From Octopus sinensis (Eukaryota): a stretch of 29,464 nt of DNA. Under the pieces are notes generated by a model. The model ran no database searches, was not told the origin of the DNA, and was given only the letters and a program-made list of their open reading frames with translations. The stretch's first letter is position 1, and each line of letters begins with the position of its first letter. Location: positions 1 through 29,464 of the forward strand of contig NW_021833126.1 of the NCBI RefSeq assembly GCF_006345805.1, written 5' to 3'. Positions 1-10,640 of this stretch are shown here, in pieces. Made by a program: the position numbers and the translations under genes.

Positions 1-48
1 TACGCATTTCACCCAACGAGCTAAAATGTCTGCCAGCTCACTGCCTTA
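1..48 (-). mobile_element. tRNA-derived SINE (family 1), 5' head, runs off window edge
   Basis: Reverse complement AAGGCAGTGAGCTGGCAGACATTTTAGC...GAAATGCGTA matches the heads at 9532, 10877 and 13519 (A-box-like TGGCAGA); abuts an (AAC/AAT)n tract. Confidence 0.7.
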
Positions 49-127
49 ATAAAAACAACAACAACAATAATAATAACAATAATAATAACAACAATGATAA
101 TAATAATAAAAAAAATAATAATAATAA

Positions 128-277
128 TTGTCCCCGTTACTTAGCGGTTCGGCAAAAGAGACCGATAGAATAAGTACTGGGCTTACAAAAGAATAAGTCC
201 TGGGGTCGAGTTGCTCGATTAAAGGCAGTGCTCCAGCATGGCCGCAGTCAAATGACTGAAACATGTAAAAGAGTAAA
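128..277 (+). mobile_element. 3' tail of CORE-type tRNA SINE (family 2)
   Basis: TAGCGGTTCGGCAAAAGAGACCGATAGAATAAGTAC...GTGCTCCAGCATGGCCGCAGTCAAATGACTGAAAC followed by an A/AG-rich tail; homologous to the minus-strand copy near 11400-11480. Confidence 0.75.
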
Positions 278-291
278 AGAGAGAGAGAATC

Positions 292-341
<50 letters not shown>

Positions 342-347
342 AACAAC

Positions 348-766
348 TGTCTTAGTATAAAAGATGGGCTACAGTAAATATTCTGCTAAGCCTCCGATTT
401 GCTTGTCAGTTGTTTGACCTTAAACATTTGGTGGCTAACGATATATGCATCTCTGATAACGAGCAGAAGTAGAGGGGAAGCATCATAGCCATGTTTTGGC
501 AGGAATTCTTTGGGGTTTGGATTATTCAGCTCTGGAAACATGGGTGTTTCATTCAACATCCTTTATTCAGGGACCACTTGAGCAGGATAGGCTACTCGAC
601 CTGAAGAAAATCCTAACTGGATCTCATCTGCAGGGTCATGCGCTGTTTATCTTGATATGAGATCACCATGTCGCGCACATATGGTTGTGATGCATGTGAC
701 TGGTGTACCCTTATCAGACGGGTAGTCATGATGGGTATATTGGGCTGTGTATATTTTACCCCAGTG
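348..766 (-). mobile_element. Unclassified ~530-bp (AAT)n-flanked element, partial copy A (strand relative to copy C)
   Basis: Reverse complement aligns with 20505-21038, e.g. ACTACCCGTCTGATAAGGGTACAC and GGTGATCTCATATCAAGATAAACAGCG. Confidence 0.8.
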
Positions 767-783
767 GAGGTATACTTTACCTC

Positions 784-940
784 AGTGGATTACATCGATT
801 AGTACTTATTTTATCGACCCAGAAAGATTGAAAAGCTATGTTGACCTCGGTGGAATTTGAACTCAGAACGTTAGAAATCAGTCAAAATACCGGTAGTCAT
901 TTCCCCCGCCGTGCTAACGATTCCTCCAACTCACAGCCTT
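784..940 (-). mobile_element. tRNA-derived SINE (family 1)
   Basis: Reverse complement has head AAGGCTGTGAGTTGGAGGAATCGTTAGC, B-box-like GAGTTCAAATTCC and body GGGTCGATAAAATAAGTAC. Confidence 0.75.
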
Positions 941-1377
941 GGAAACTAACGAAATATTTCTTCACAATTGTTAAATATTTTTTTGCTTATGTAGGCACGA
1001 TCGGAATAATATTTCGTGGGGCGGCAAATGTTGGTAAAATCAACCCCAATGTATGGTACATTGTGTTTATTAATGACTCGTGGACGTGACAGGCTAATTC
1101 TCCTTTGAGAAGATTTCAGGTCAGAACATGAACGAATAATTGGAAAGCGAACGAAACAAATTCCGCCTTGTTTTATTATTGATATCCTGCCATCAAGATA
1201 TTAATACAAAGGATTACTTTGACAGACAATGTATATTTTGTGAGATGGTGTGATATGGATTAAAGAAATCTCTGGATTTAGCTGGGACATTATTTTTTCA
1301 ACACAGAATGATAAAAGCTAAATTGGTATCTTCCTCATTCTTATCATCATCATCATCGTCTCTGTAGAGAAGATTAT

Positions 1378-1513
1378 ATATGCGTGTGTGTGTAGATGTA
1401 TGTGTGTGTGTATGTACATATATATGTGTGTATATATATGGGCACTTGCACACACATATAAGCACTTACATATACATACATACATATACATACATACATA
1501 TACATACATACAT

Positions 1514-1562
<49 letters not shown>
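1378..1562. repeat. Compound (TG)n/(TA)n/(CATA)n microsatellite
   Basis: Directly visible; source of the spurious Y/I/H/T-rich ORFs. Confidence 0.95.
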
Positions 1563-1689
1563 ATTGTCACTCAGTCTACTCCTAGTATAGTAGTTTCGCT
1601 ACAGCTATAATTAGTTTTATTACTAGCTTTGATATTCGTGGATTTTTTTAAATCTCTGCATCGGATGAAATACTTGAAAAAATTGAGAC

Positions 1690-2436
1690 ATTTGATATAT
1701 CTAACATAATGCCATAACACACGTCCGTCAAGAAAGTTTGTGCATTTGCATCAGAATGCACCACGAACACTCATTGCAGACAATCGTGCAAACAAATGGT
1801 ACAAAGTACTCTTTATTGACAGTTTGATTAGAGGGAACCCAGTGGCCATAGATGATGCACTTGGTGTCGGTAAAGACGATGTTCATGAACTTCTCGGTTG
1901 ACTTACTATACCTGGCTAACTTGGTGCTGGAAGGTCCAGAATGCTCCAATAGGTCACACTATCTTTTGGTCTCTGTACCATAACGATAGATGTCGCTGTC
2001 TCATATTCTCTTGGACTGGCGATAATAAGCTCAACCGTTTCCTTGTCATTAAGGTGTCTTTCTTTCTGTTCGTCCCTGAGCATCCTTGGAAACGGCATGC
2101 ACAAATAGTGCATGTTCTGATCTTTGTGAATAATTCTGTGTACCCTTGTCCTCTACACTAGAAATTATACGGATTTTCTCTTTATGGACGCACGACAATT
2201 GCGAATTTTCTGATCCACCACTTACACTCTGATGAACGTCTCATTCCCCACGCTTCTCATCATCTCCCACCGCCTCTCGATCGTCCTTAAAACTTTTGTG
2301 CCAACGGAAAACAAATGCCTCTCTCATACAGGTTAACCCCCACTGAAGCAAGTTGGAGCAGTTCATAAGTTTCTGCAGCGTTTTGGCTCAATTCGAACTC
2401 AAACTTTATTGCATAGTGAGCTCCGAAGCGTCGCAT
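1690..2436 (-). mobile_element. Decayed mariner (Tc1/mariner, DD34D-type) transposase pseudogene
   Basis: Minus-strand translation across frameshifts gives HYAIKF..LSQNAAETYELLQ, FVFRWHKSFKDDREAVGDDEKRG (HTH region), FPRMLRDEQKER (WVPREL-like linker) and SKSTEKFMNIVFTDTKCIIYGHWVPSNQTVNKEYF (catalytic domain). Multiple stops; TIRs not identifiable. Confidence 0.85.
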
Positions 2437-3520
2437 CTACATTCTGTAAACTAATTAGTTGTGACAAGCACTGCTTGTCGGGGTGGGGTGGGGCCTCGAA
2501 GTCTTCTTACAGCGATCTTCTACACTCGGGAATAACAACAACTGGTAGGTCAGCTTATTAAGTGTGTAGTAATCATAAGTTAAAGTCATAACTATCTCGG
2601 ATAGTTATAACCGCTTCTCCTGAGAAGGTGATTCACAGGCGCGCACTCGTACACACACAGAGACAAACACACACGCACGCACATGCGTATTCTGGAAATT
2701 TGAAAGGTAGCGTTGTACGTTGCAGTTAATCAGGTTATTTGTTTCAAATGCTTCAGAATCGTCCACACACTCTTTGTAGGATATTTAAGAAAACAAAAAT
2801 GGTTTTCCAAGTTGCATATAGCGCTTTATGGAGAAAAACAAAAAATGTTCCGAAACTCTCCTAGTTCTTTTCTTTAAGAACCAAACACGCAGGTAAGACA
2901 GAGGTAATTAAATTTGCATGCTTAGAATATGGTTGATCGGGTTGTTTTCATTGTATTCTCCGAAGGAAGATTTGAAAAGAGAATTTCAAATGTCAAGAAT
3001 TGTACTTTAAGTTTGGTATTAAATAGAAATGTACGAGAAATTACTTTCAGTGATTCACGAAAATATAACCGTAGCCTATACGTATTTGTGTGTGTGTGTG
3101 TGTGCGTGTGTGGAAAGAATGAGAGAGGAAGAGGAGGGGGCGGAAGAGGGAAAGGGAAGGAATTGTAAGAATACGAAATTACCAAAATTAAGAAAGTCTA
3201 AATCTAATTTGCCATAACAATGTTAAAAAACAACTTTGTGAATCCAGGAATTGGTAAGATAATCAAATACAGGATTTTTAAAAAATGGGCAGAATAAAGA
3301 ATTTGTTAGATTCACCTTCACACACAGCTCAGTACTCTCACACACAAAGAAACACATACACACACATACGCACATGCACTTACATACATACATATCCATT
3401 TTCAGTAAATAAACAAAGAATATGAAGATTCCAAGATTAAAGAAAGGAGGAAACCTAAAAATTAAAGACCGGCAGATTCAAAACTAAAAAATATATATGA
3501 ATATATATATATATATATAT

Positions 3521-3555
<35 letters not shown>

Positions 3556-4099
3556 ATATATATATGTATCAAAGAAACCAGGAACTGATAACGAAATAAC
3601 AATATCAACAAAGAATCGCAATTATAAACAAAAGGTGATGAAAAGGAATAATACAAGGCTGAAAAAAGTATTACGGAATTTTTGAAATTAAACAAAGAAA
3701 ATGGTAAAATCAACAAACAAAAGCTTGATGGAATGGATACAAATATCACAAATGCACACACATACAGACACACACACACATATATATACACATACATATA
3801 TTAATAAATGCGTATATATATATTCCCGCACTCACATAATGCATAAAGGAAAATAAGAAAATGTAGAGGAAATGTAAAGTAGTAAAGTATAGAACGTAAA
3901 AATAATGAAATAACAGAATTTGAGGAAAAATATAAATTGGAATTAATAGAAAGAGAAAATGAAATCTGTTCATTTTAGGTTTCATCGTGGTGAGCTTCAA
4001 CATTAAACACACGCAGCCATAATAATGGTTTCTGCTGGAGGTAGAATGCGCGAATATTTTGTGGGGACGTGTTAGTCTATTGAGCGCGGTTCTCAACAG

Positions 4100-4218
4100 G
4101 TATTTATTACATCGATCCCGATATGATGATATGGAAAGTCATTCTCGATTATCTTTGAACTCTGAAGGTGAAGAGACATTGTCAGACGCGCTAAAGATTG
4201 TACCTGCTTGTTGCCTTA
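4100..4218 (-). mobile_element. Degenerate tRNA-derived SINE (family 1)
   Basis: Reverse complement ATTAAGGCAACAAGCAGGTACAATCTTTAGCGCG...CAGAGTTCAAAG...CGGGATCGATGTAAT; head abuts (AAT)n. Confidence 0.55.
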
Positions 4219-4263
4219 ATAATAATAATAATATAATAATAATAATAATAAAATAATAATAAT

Positions 4264-4965
4264 AGTGATGACATGGGGATGGAATTTGGACTTGGTAAAT
4301 GAGCCAAGGCCACTTTCCAGGAAGAGAAATTGGGATGTTTGATGCAATCATAAAAGAACTCGAGCAGGAACAAACTTATAAATACATCGGAATACCACAA
4401 CGTGTGCGGCACAAGGACTAACTTTGAGGACAAATGACGCGAATTGCAGGATTGATAAATCAACTGAGAGTGACAAATGCAGAAGGCATGACGAGAGGCG
4501 TTGAACTGTGGCACATTGTTTGTGAATGTCCGAAGTTGGTACGTGAATACAAAAGTCGAGATGACAATGTAGAGAGTTAATGGTAGCTCTGTGGAAATGA
4601 TGGCCCAGGAATATCAAGTACTTTTTATAACTAAGTCCCATAAAGAGTTATTGAAAATGAGGAGGGCAAAACTCTGTGGGATAGAATAATTCCGTGTAAC
4701 CATCAGATTAGACATTGGAAACCTGACATCGTTGTGATGAGCAGGACAGAAAAAAACCCCCAAAACATGCGTGTTAATTGACATAGCATGTCCTGATGAG
4801 AACAGGATCGAAGAGAAAGAAGGAAAAATTAATTATGCTGAATTCAAGTCAGAAATAAGCCGGTTGTGGGCAGAGAAGAGAGTGGACGTCATAGACATAG
4901 TGATTAGCGCGCTTGGAAGTATCGGAATTCAACTACTGGCATAGCTCAAAAGGATTGAGATATGA
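4264..4965 (+). mobile_element. 5'-truncated, internally deleted REL-endonuclease non-LTR retrotransposon relic (R4/Dong-like)
   Basis: Frameshifted translation: SDDMGMEFGLGK*AKATF and IKELEQEQTYKYIGI (late RT motifs); DKCRR..HIVCECPKLVREYKSRDDNV (CCHC knuckle); VIENEEGKTLWDRIIPCNHQIRHWKPDIVV / CVLIDIACPDENRIEEKE..Y..EISRLW..VIDIVISALGSI (REL PD-(D/E)xK fold). Begins directly after (AAT)n. Confidence 0.9.
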
Positions 4966-4966
4966 A

Positions 4967-5092
4967 ACTGATACTTATTTTATCGACCCGCAAAGGGGAC
5001 GGTGGAATACGTGCTCAGAATGTAGACATGGATGAACTGCCGCTAAGCAATTTTTTCGGTGCGCTTAACGATTCTGCCTGTTCGGTGCCTAA
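4967..5092 (-). mobile_element. Degenerate tRNA-derived SINE (family 1)
   Basis: ACTGATACTTATTTTATCGACCC...CTCAGAA...CCGCTAAGCA...TAACGATTCTGCC is the reverse complement of the family head and body. Confidence 0.65.
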
Positions 5093-5801
5093 ATGGCCTT
5101 CTGCAGTATTATTTATCTGAGACTTATTGAGGATGCCTGACGATGTTTGAACATGGATTTGCTTCACAACATCTCAGATATATTTAGAATAAAAAAAAGC
5201 TTTACAAGGACATGTATAGATACACAAACGCGCGAGCGTAAACACACATCAATATATGCGTATATACACATGTAAGAGACATCTAACATAGCAGCTGAAA
5301 TACAAGACTACATACATACCTGACGTATAAACATACATACACACATACATATCTATATAGAGATCGATATGCATACACTTAGAAACGTACACATCGTCTC
5401 TCATGCACACACACTCATATAATAAAAATATTGAATTATTGTCATAATGCTAACAACTCTACCTATTGATTTTATTTTATTTAAAATCTTATTTTATTCA
5501 CCAAAATCTGACTTTCTAAATTGATTTATGAAGTAAAAGGTGTAGTCTTTTGGGGGCTGCTCTTGAAATTTTATTCTACTTTCATTTTTCTTCTTTTTTC
5601 TTCTTCTTCGTCGTCAATTATGTAAAATTAATCACCAAAATGGCACATTTATATTAAAATAATCTTTCCATAAAGTTAGCAACAATAAACACCACATTCC
5701 ATTGTTGCTTTCGTTTTCAATATGGAGATTTTTTCATTATAGTTTTTCAAGTATCTGTCTATCACAGTATTTCACTGTCACAAACCAGCACACACACGCA
5801 C

Positions 5802-6092
5802 GTGTGTTTAGAGCGTCAAGCTTAAGAGGTAGTGAGTTCGATTCCTAGACTGGGCTGTGTTTCGTTCTTGTGCAATTTCACGTTCCTCCAGTTCATTCAG
5901 ATGTAGAAATGAGTTGCGAAATCACAGGTACCAAGCTGTATCGGCCCTTTTACCTCTCCCTTGGATAACATCAGTGGCATGGAAAGGAGAAGCTGGTATG
6001 CATAGGCAATTGCTGGCTTCCCATAAACAGCCTTGACCGGTGTTGCGCAGAAACTACTAGACCCTAAATTACTGGATGCGCTTGGTTGTGTC
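5802..6092 (+). mobile_element. CORE-type tRNA SINE (family 3)
   Basis: B-box GAGTTCGATTCC, then a CORE-like TTCTTG...TTTCACGTTCCTCCAGTTCATTCAGATGTAGAAATGAG domain and a unique 3' region. Confidence 0.65.
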
Positions 6093-6500
6093 ATTTGCTT
6101 CCATCCTCACCCACATTACTTGACCAAGTCATCTTCCCATGGTCTTCAAGGGCTTCCAGGCAGTCTTTACCGAACCCTCTGCTTCAGAAGAGAGTGGTTT
6201 CTTTCAAACTAACGTAAGGTATTCATTGATGGATTAAACGCTTGGAACGACCGTAACATATTGACACCTGTACAGGCTTGTTATTTATTTACATTCTGTT
6301 ACCTAACTTGGAGCTGCGCAGACAATACCGAAATGACAAGGTGCCTCAATTTAAATACATTATCCAACAGAATCTGAATTACACACACACACACACAAAC
6401 GAGGTATGGTGATGTAAACAGAAAAATAGACGTCCCAGGTTTTGAGTCACTCTATCGCTTTCGCTAAACATACACACACACACACACACATATATATATA

Positions 6501-6688
6501 TTTTTTCCTCTGTCTTCCCTTCTCGGGATCTTTTCTTCTCCTATGTTTCCGACGAAGAGCTCCGCTCGAAACGTTAAACCCTCCTTCTTCCCTTCTTTCC
6601 TGAGCGTCCAATAATACTTTATTTGTTCCTCGTCCTCGCGTTGTTGTGTTTTTTTTTTTTTTTTTTGTGTTTTCTTGTTTGGATTAAC
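6501..6688 (+). mobile_element. Short Penelope-like (pLTR-type) element, family A, copy 1
   Basis: Near-identical to the reverse complement of 19571-19740; contains an HHR motif; both ends sit in (TA)n. PLE assignment is inferred from the minimal HHR. Confidence 0.7.
6545..6579 (+). ncRNA. Minimal type I hammerhead ribozyme motif (family A)
   Basis: GTTT-CCGACGA-A-GAGC(TCC)GCTC-GAAAC-GTT^AAAC: stem I GTTT/AAAC, stem II GAGC/GCTC, loopless palindromic helix III ACGT; core has C in place of U4. Confidence 0.7.
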
Positions 6689-6739
<51 letters not shown>

Positions 6740-7314
6740 CGCATATATCCTTTTTGAGACGAACATTTATATTTCCCTCGCCAAATTAGGGTATTATCGT
6801 ATGCTGCCAGAATAACCATCTCCCCTACAGTATAAGGGAACTTGTAAACACGGGTGATTGGTGACAAGAGGCTGAACTCTGCCTTGCTCATTGCCAACAT
6901 ATTTTAAATAATCAGTCGACCTGATTTATGGGTTGACGTGTGCAATATTTTAAACATTTACGTGACCGGTGGTTTCGCATAGACACAAGGACAGCCTGCA
7001 CTGTCCCTAAGTATGGTTTCTTCCTTCAAGTACTACCGCAATTTCGGAATTTCTCTTTTAGTCATCCAAAGGTATTCGATAAAGTACTTAGTAGTGCAGA
7101 AATCAAAGTTAAGGGGTAGGTGGAGTGGGGTAGCATTGTTCTTCTCTTCTAAAATATATAACCGTGTGTCTATGGTATAAATCAATATTTTAGTTAATCG
7201 ATATAAAAAATCAATCACTGCCTTTGCTTTCCTGATCACTACTTCTCTCCATTCTGCAGTTTTGTTGTTGTATTTATTGTTGTTGCTGATAAGAACGAAG
7301 CTGTCGCTGCCGCT

Positions 7315-7575
7315 GCTACTGATGACGATGACGATGATGATGATGATTATGATGATGACGATGATAGATGACGATAATGTTGATAATTATGAGGTTGGTG
7401 GTGATGACGATTATGATGATGATAATGATGATGATGATGATGATGATGAAGACGATGATGATGATGATGGTGATGACGAAGATGATGATGATGATGGTGA
7501 CACTGATGAAGACGATGACGATGGTAATGATGACAGCGGTGACGATCCTGAATATGAGTATTATGATGACAGCGA
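7315..7575. repeat. Decayed (GAT)n microsatellite
   Basis: Directly visible; produces poly-Asp, poly-Met and poly-His pseudo-ORFs. Confidence 0.9.
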
Positions 7576-7859
7576 CATCTAGCTCGTGACATCTGTTTTA
7601 ATGGTGCAAACATCTGATACACATCCAATCAATTGTTGCTGCTTCTCCTGCCTCTTAACCTAAGATTGGTTATTTCTGTTCTGAATGCATAAATAAAAAA
7701 GCCTTCCGTCCGTGACAACCACATTTTCATTTCCTTCATATTCATTCTACGACTACATTGTGCAGTGTGCGCGCTTCTTTTCTTAGCATGACATAATATG
7801 GATTTCATTTGGAACTTGGTCAGCCATGATTCGAATGTTACTTTTGCGAAATGCATTCC

Positions 7860-7877
7860 GTATATATAATTGCATAC

Positions 7878-7934
<57 letters not shown>

Positions 7935-8220
7935 ATATATAGATAGATAGATAGATAGATATAAATATATATATATATATAGATAGATAGATATAAATAT
8001 ATATTCATAGATATAAATATATATATATACATAGATATAAATATATATATATACATAGATATAAATAAATATATATAATTGCATATATACATATACATAT
8101 ATATATATATATATATCGATATGCATATGGATAATGTATATACACATGTAAGTAAGCACTTATGCACATATATATCTATGTGTGTGTGTATGTGCATGTG
8201 TGTATCTGTGTGCGTGTGTA
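7860..8220. repeat. Compound (TA)n/(TAGA)n microsatellite with a ~24-28 bp AGATATAAATATATATATATACAT minisatellite
   Basis: Directly visible; the unit recurs about 5 times at ~7950-8075. Confidence 0.9.
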
Positions 8221-8289
8221 CGAAGATGGCTAAATGCAGTGAATAAACTGAACGTAGAAGATAAAATACTCAATAATCAATAAGCAATC

Positions 8290-8428
8290 AATTTCGTTGA
8301 AGACGAACTGAGTGGTGGGGGCGGTGCCGGTAGTGGTGTTGGGAGCAATGCTGGTGGTTATGGCGGCGGCGGCGGCGGCGTTGGTGGTGGTGGTGGTGAT
8401 GGATGTGACGGCGGCGGTGGTTGTGGTT
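8290..8428. repeat. Decayed (GGT/GGC)n triplet repeat
   Basis: Directly visible GC-rich triplet tract. Confidence 0.85.
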
Positions 8429-9531
8429 ACGCATAATCACTTTTTATTATTAATTTCTGTTTTAAAGACAAGGGTGTAGTATTTAAGTTGATTAAAAGAT
8501 TTGAGGATTAAGGGCAACGGCGGTTAAGATGCAACAAGATGCAAGCTGGAGGAGAGTTATGCGGAGAGTGATGAGGAGAGTTATGCGCGGCGGTATTAAA
8601 TGGGATTTTATTCCGACACGTTTCCTTTACACTCGATTTTATGTTCATTGTCTTTTCCCCTTGCATTCATCTTCTTCTTCATTCTTCTTCATTCTTCTTC
8701 TTCTTCTCTCCTCCTCCTCCCACTCCTTCCAATTATTCCTCTACCGTTAAAAGGAAGCAGCGTTATTGCTGCAAGAGTTGGAATCGCTTCTGTTTATGCT
8801 AAACGTCTTTTTTTTCTTTTTATTTAACCTTTCCTTGCACCTAATGCACACGAAACAGAAATATTGACAGGCAACCTTTTGTTTTTAAATATTTTTCTTT
8901 CGCTTTTTTTTGGTTTCTATTTGTTTTCGATAATTTTTAAAAACAAGGTTATTTCCATTGTTTTTGCTTCTGTTTTGTTAGAGTGTCTTCTTAAATTATT
9001 CTACTCTCCCATGACAAATGTTTAAAAAAAATATTAATCCGTCTCTAGAAATATTTCATTGTTTCTTGCTAAGCTGTACCTCTTGTGTTTCCATTCATCT
9101 GCGGTGAATATGGTTCTGGTCGAAGGCCTGAGCAGATCATTGCCAGTTTAAACTAGGTGGATATACGATTTACTCTCCATGCAGGACAATTTTGCTCGAA
9201 GTACTTCCGTAGTCTTCTATTTAGTTCTGGTTATTATGTAGAATTCAAACTGAGAATGCAGTGAGCCGGAAGAAAACCCCTATGTATCTCGTCCGATGGT
9301 CTAACACTCCCAGATATCTACCACAATGGCTGCTCTTTCATCGAAAATTTGAAGGGTAGAGGTTACCTTCTCAGAATTTGAACTGAGATCAAATACGCCT
9401 TTCCAACGTTCCCAATACAACGTCACAACGAACATTCGTCATTTTAGATTTTATTTTTATAGATTCCAAGAAATAAAGAACATTCATGGATTTACCCAAG
9501 TTCAAGTAGTTCTCATTATTCAAATCTTCCA

Positions 9532-9740
9532 AAGCGGTGAACTGGCAGAATCGTTAACACACCGGGCGAAATGCTTAGCGGTATTTCGTCTGCTGTTCTG
9601 TTCTGAGTTCAAATTCAGCCGAGGTCGACTTTGCCTTTCATCCTTTCGGGATCGATTAAATAAGTACCAGTTACGCACTGGGATCGATATAATCGACTTA
9701 ATCCGTTGGTCTGTACTTGTTTGTCCTCTCTGTTTTTAGG
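9532..9740 (+). mobile_element. tRNA-derived SINE (family 1, tail type I), near full length
   Basis: A-box-like CTGGCAGAATCG, B-box GAGTTCAAATTC, body GAGGTCGACTTTGCCTTTCATCCTTTCGGG, tail ATCGACTTAATCCGTT...GTCCTCTCTG. Confidence 0.85.
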
Positions 9741-9759
9741 CTCTCTTTTCGTTGTGAGT

Positions 9760-9796
9760 TCGACGTGTTAACGATTCTGGCAGCTCGCGGTCTTAA
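9760..9796 (-). mobile_element. Isolated SINE family 1 head fragment
   Basis: Reverse complement AAGACCGCGAGCTGCCAGAATCGTTAACACGTC. Confidence 0.55.
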
Positions 9797-10277
9797 AACG
9801 AGTTGATATATTGAGAGAGAATAATACGGTGGTGTCATTCTTCAGAAAATGAATGTCATTTGTTGAGAAAGTCAATGAAGTAGAATTATGGAATGTTGTG
9901 AATATTTGAAGAGAATGGCTTCAAGTGAAGAGATTATAGAATAATGGACAACCAGCCAAAAGGTCAACAGTGCTACCGAAAGAATCATACGGCTCTGGAT
10001 GTTTCTTTCGCTCGGGCAATTAAATCTCGAAGAGGATTTCAATTAGTTTGTTGTTGTTGTTGTTGTTGCTGGTGTTTAGATTCACTTTAGCCTTGATTAG
10101 CAAAAACCGTAATCTTTTCGCATCCAAGTACAATGCATTCAGAACTATAGAATCTACTGAGCTATCATTCTCATATACGTCGAGAAGGTAGGACTTGATG
10201 AGGGTTTGCTTGATTTAATCAACTGACTCTTTCCACCTACATTAATTCCTGGTTTACTTTTTCGTGTAATATAGATA

Positions 10278-10400
10278 GGAGCACTCCGTCGGTTGCGACG
10301 ATGAGGGTCCCAGCTGATACGATCAACGGAACAGCTTGCTCGTAATATTAACGTGCAAGTGGCTGAGCACTCCACAGACACGTGTACCCTTAACGTAGTT
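10278..10400 (-). mobile_element. 3' portion of a CORE-type SINE
   Basis: GGAGCACTCCGTCGGTTGCGACGATGAGGGTCCCAGCTGATACGATCAACGG...CACGTGTACCCTTAACGTAGTT, recognised from memory as a cephalopod SINE 3' region; no second copy in the window. Confidence 0.5.
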
Positions 10401-10419
10401 GATTGACAGAGTTGCCAAC

Positions 10420-10640
10420 GCACCAAGCAAAATACCTTGTGGTATTTGTTCCGGAGGTCGACTTTGCCTTTCATCCTTTCGGGGTCGATTAAATAAGTAC
10501 CAGTTACGCACTGGGGTCGATATAATCGACTTAATCCGTTTGTCTGTCCTTTGTTCTCTCTGTGTTCAGCCCCTTGTGGGTAGTAAAGAAATAGGTATTT
10601 GTTCCGGAACATTACGTTCTGAGTTCAAATTCAAATAAAA
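10420..10640 (+). mobile_element. SINE family 1 (tail type I) with a tail-to-head junction
   Basis: Body nearly identical to 9620-9730; the tail ...GGGTAGTAAAGAAATA is followed by GGTATTTGTTCCGGA...GTTCTGAGTTCAAATTC (mid-head with B-box). Confidence 0.8.

Noticed and set aside
4793-4830. CTGATGA hammerhead-like cores at 4793(+), 11887-11893(-) and 27435(+)
   Set aside because: No stem II/GAAAC/stem I geometry; the 4793 hit is REL coding sequence (CPDE).
7262-7628. Poly-Asp, poly-Met and poly-His ORFs suggesting an acidic biomineral protein
   Set aside because: Decayed (GAT)n tract open in several frames; no signal peptide context or splice support.
8264-8436. Gly-rich frame (GGYGGGG..GCGY) resembling cephalopod structural proteins
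   Set aside because: Expected outcome of (GGT/GGC)n decay; about 55 codons with no start codon or credible acceptor.
8550-8586. 12-bp x3 repeat giving MRRV x3 (protamine-like)
   Set aside because: Tiny minisatellite with no gene context.
9532-9620. tRNA gene candidates at SINE heads
   Set aside because: A/B boxes are present but there is no cloverleaf or acceptor stem; these are SINE heads.
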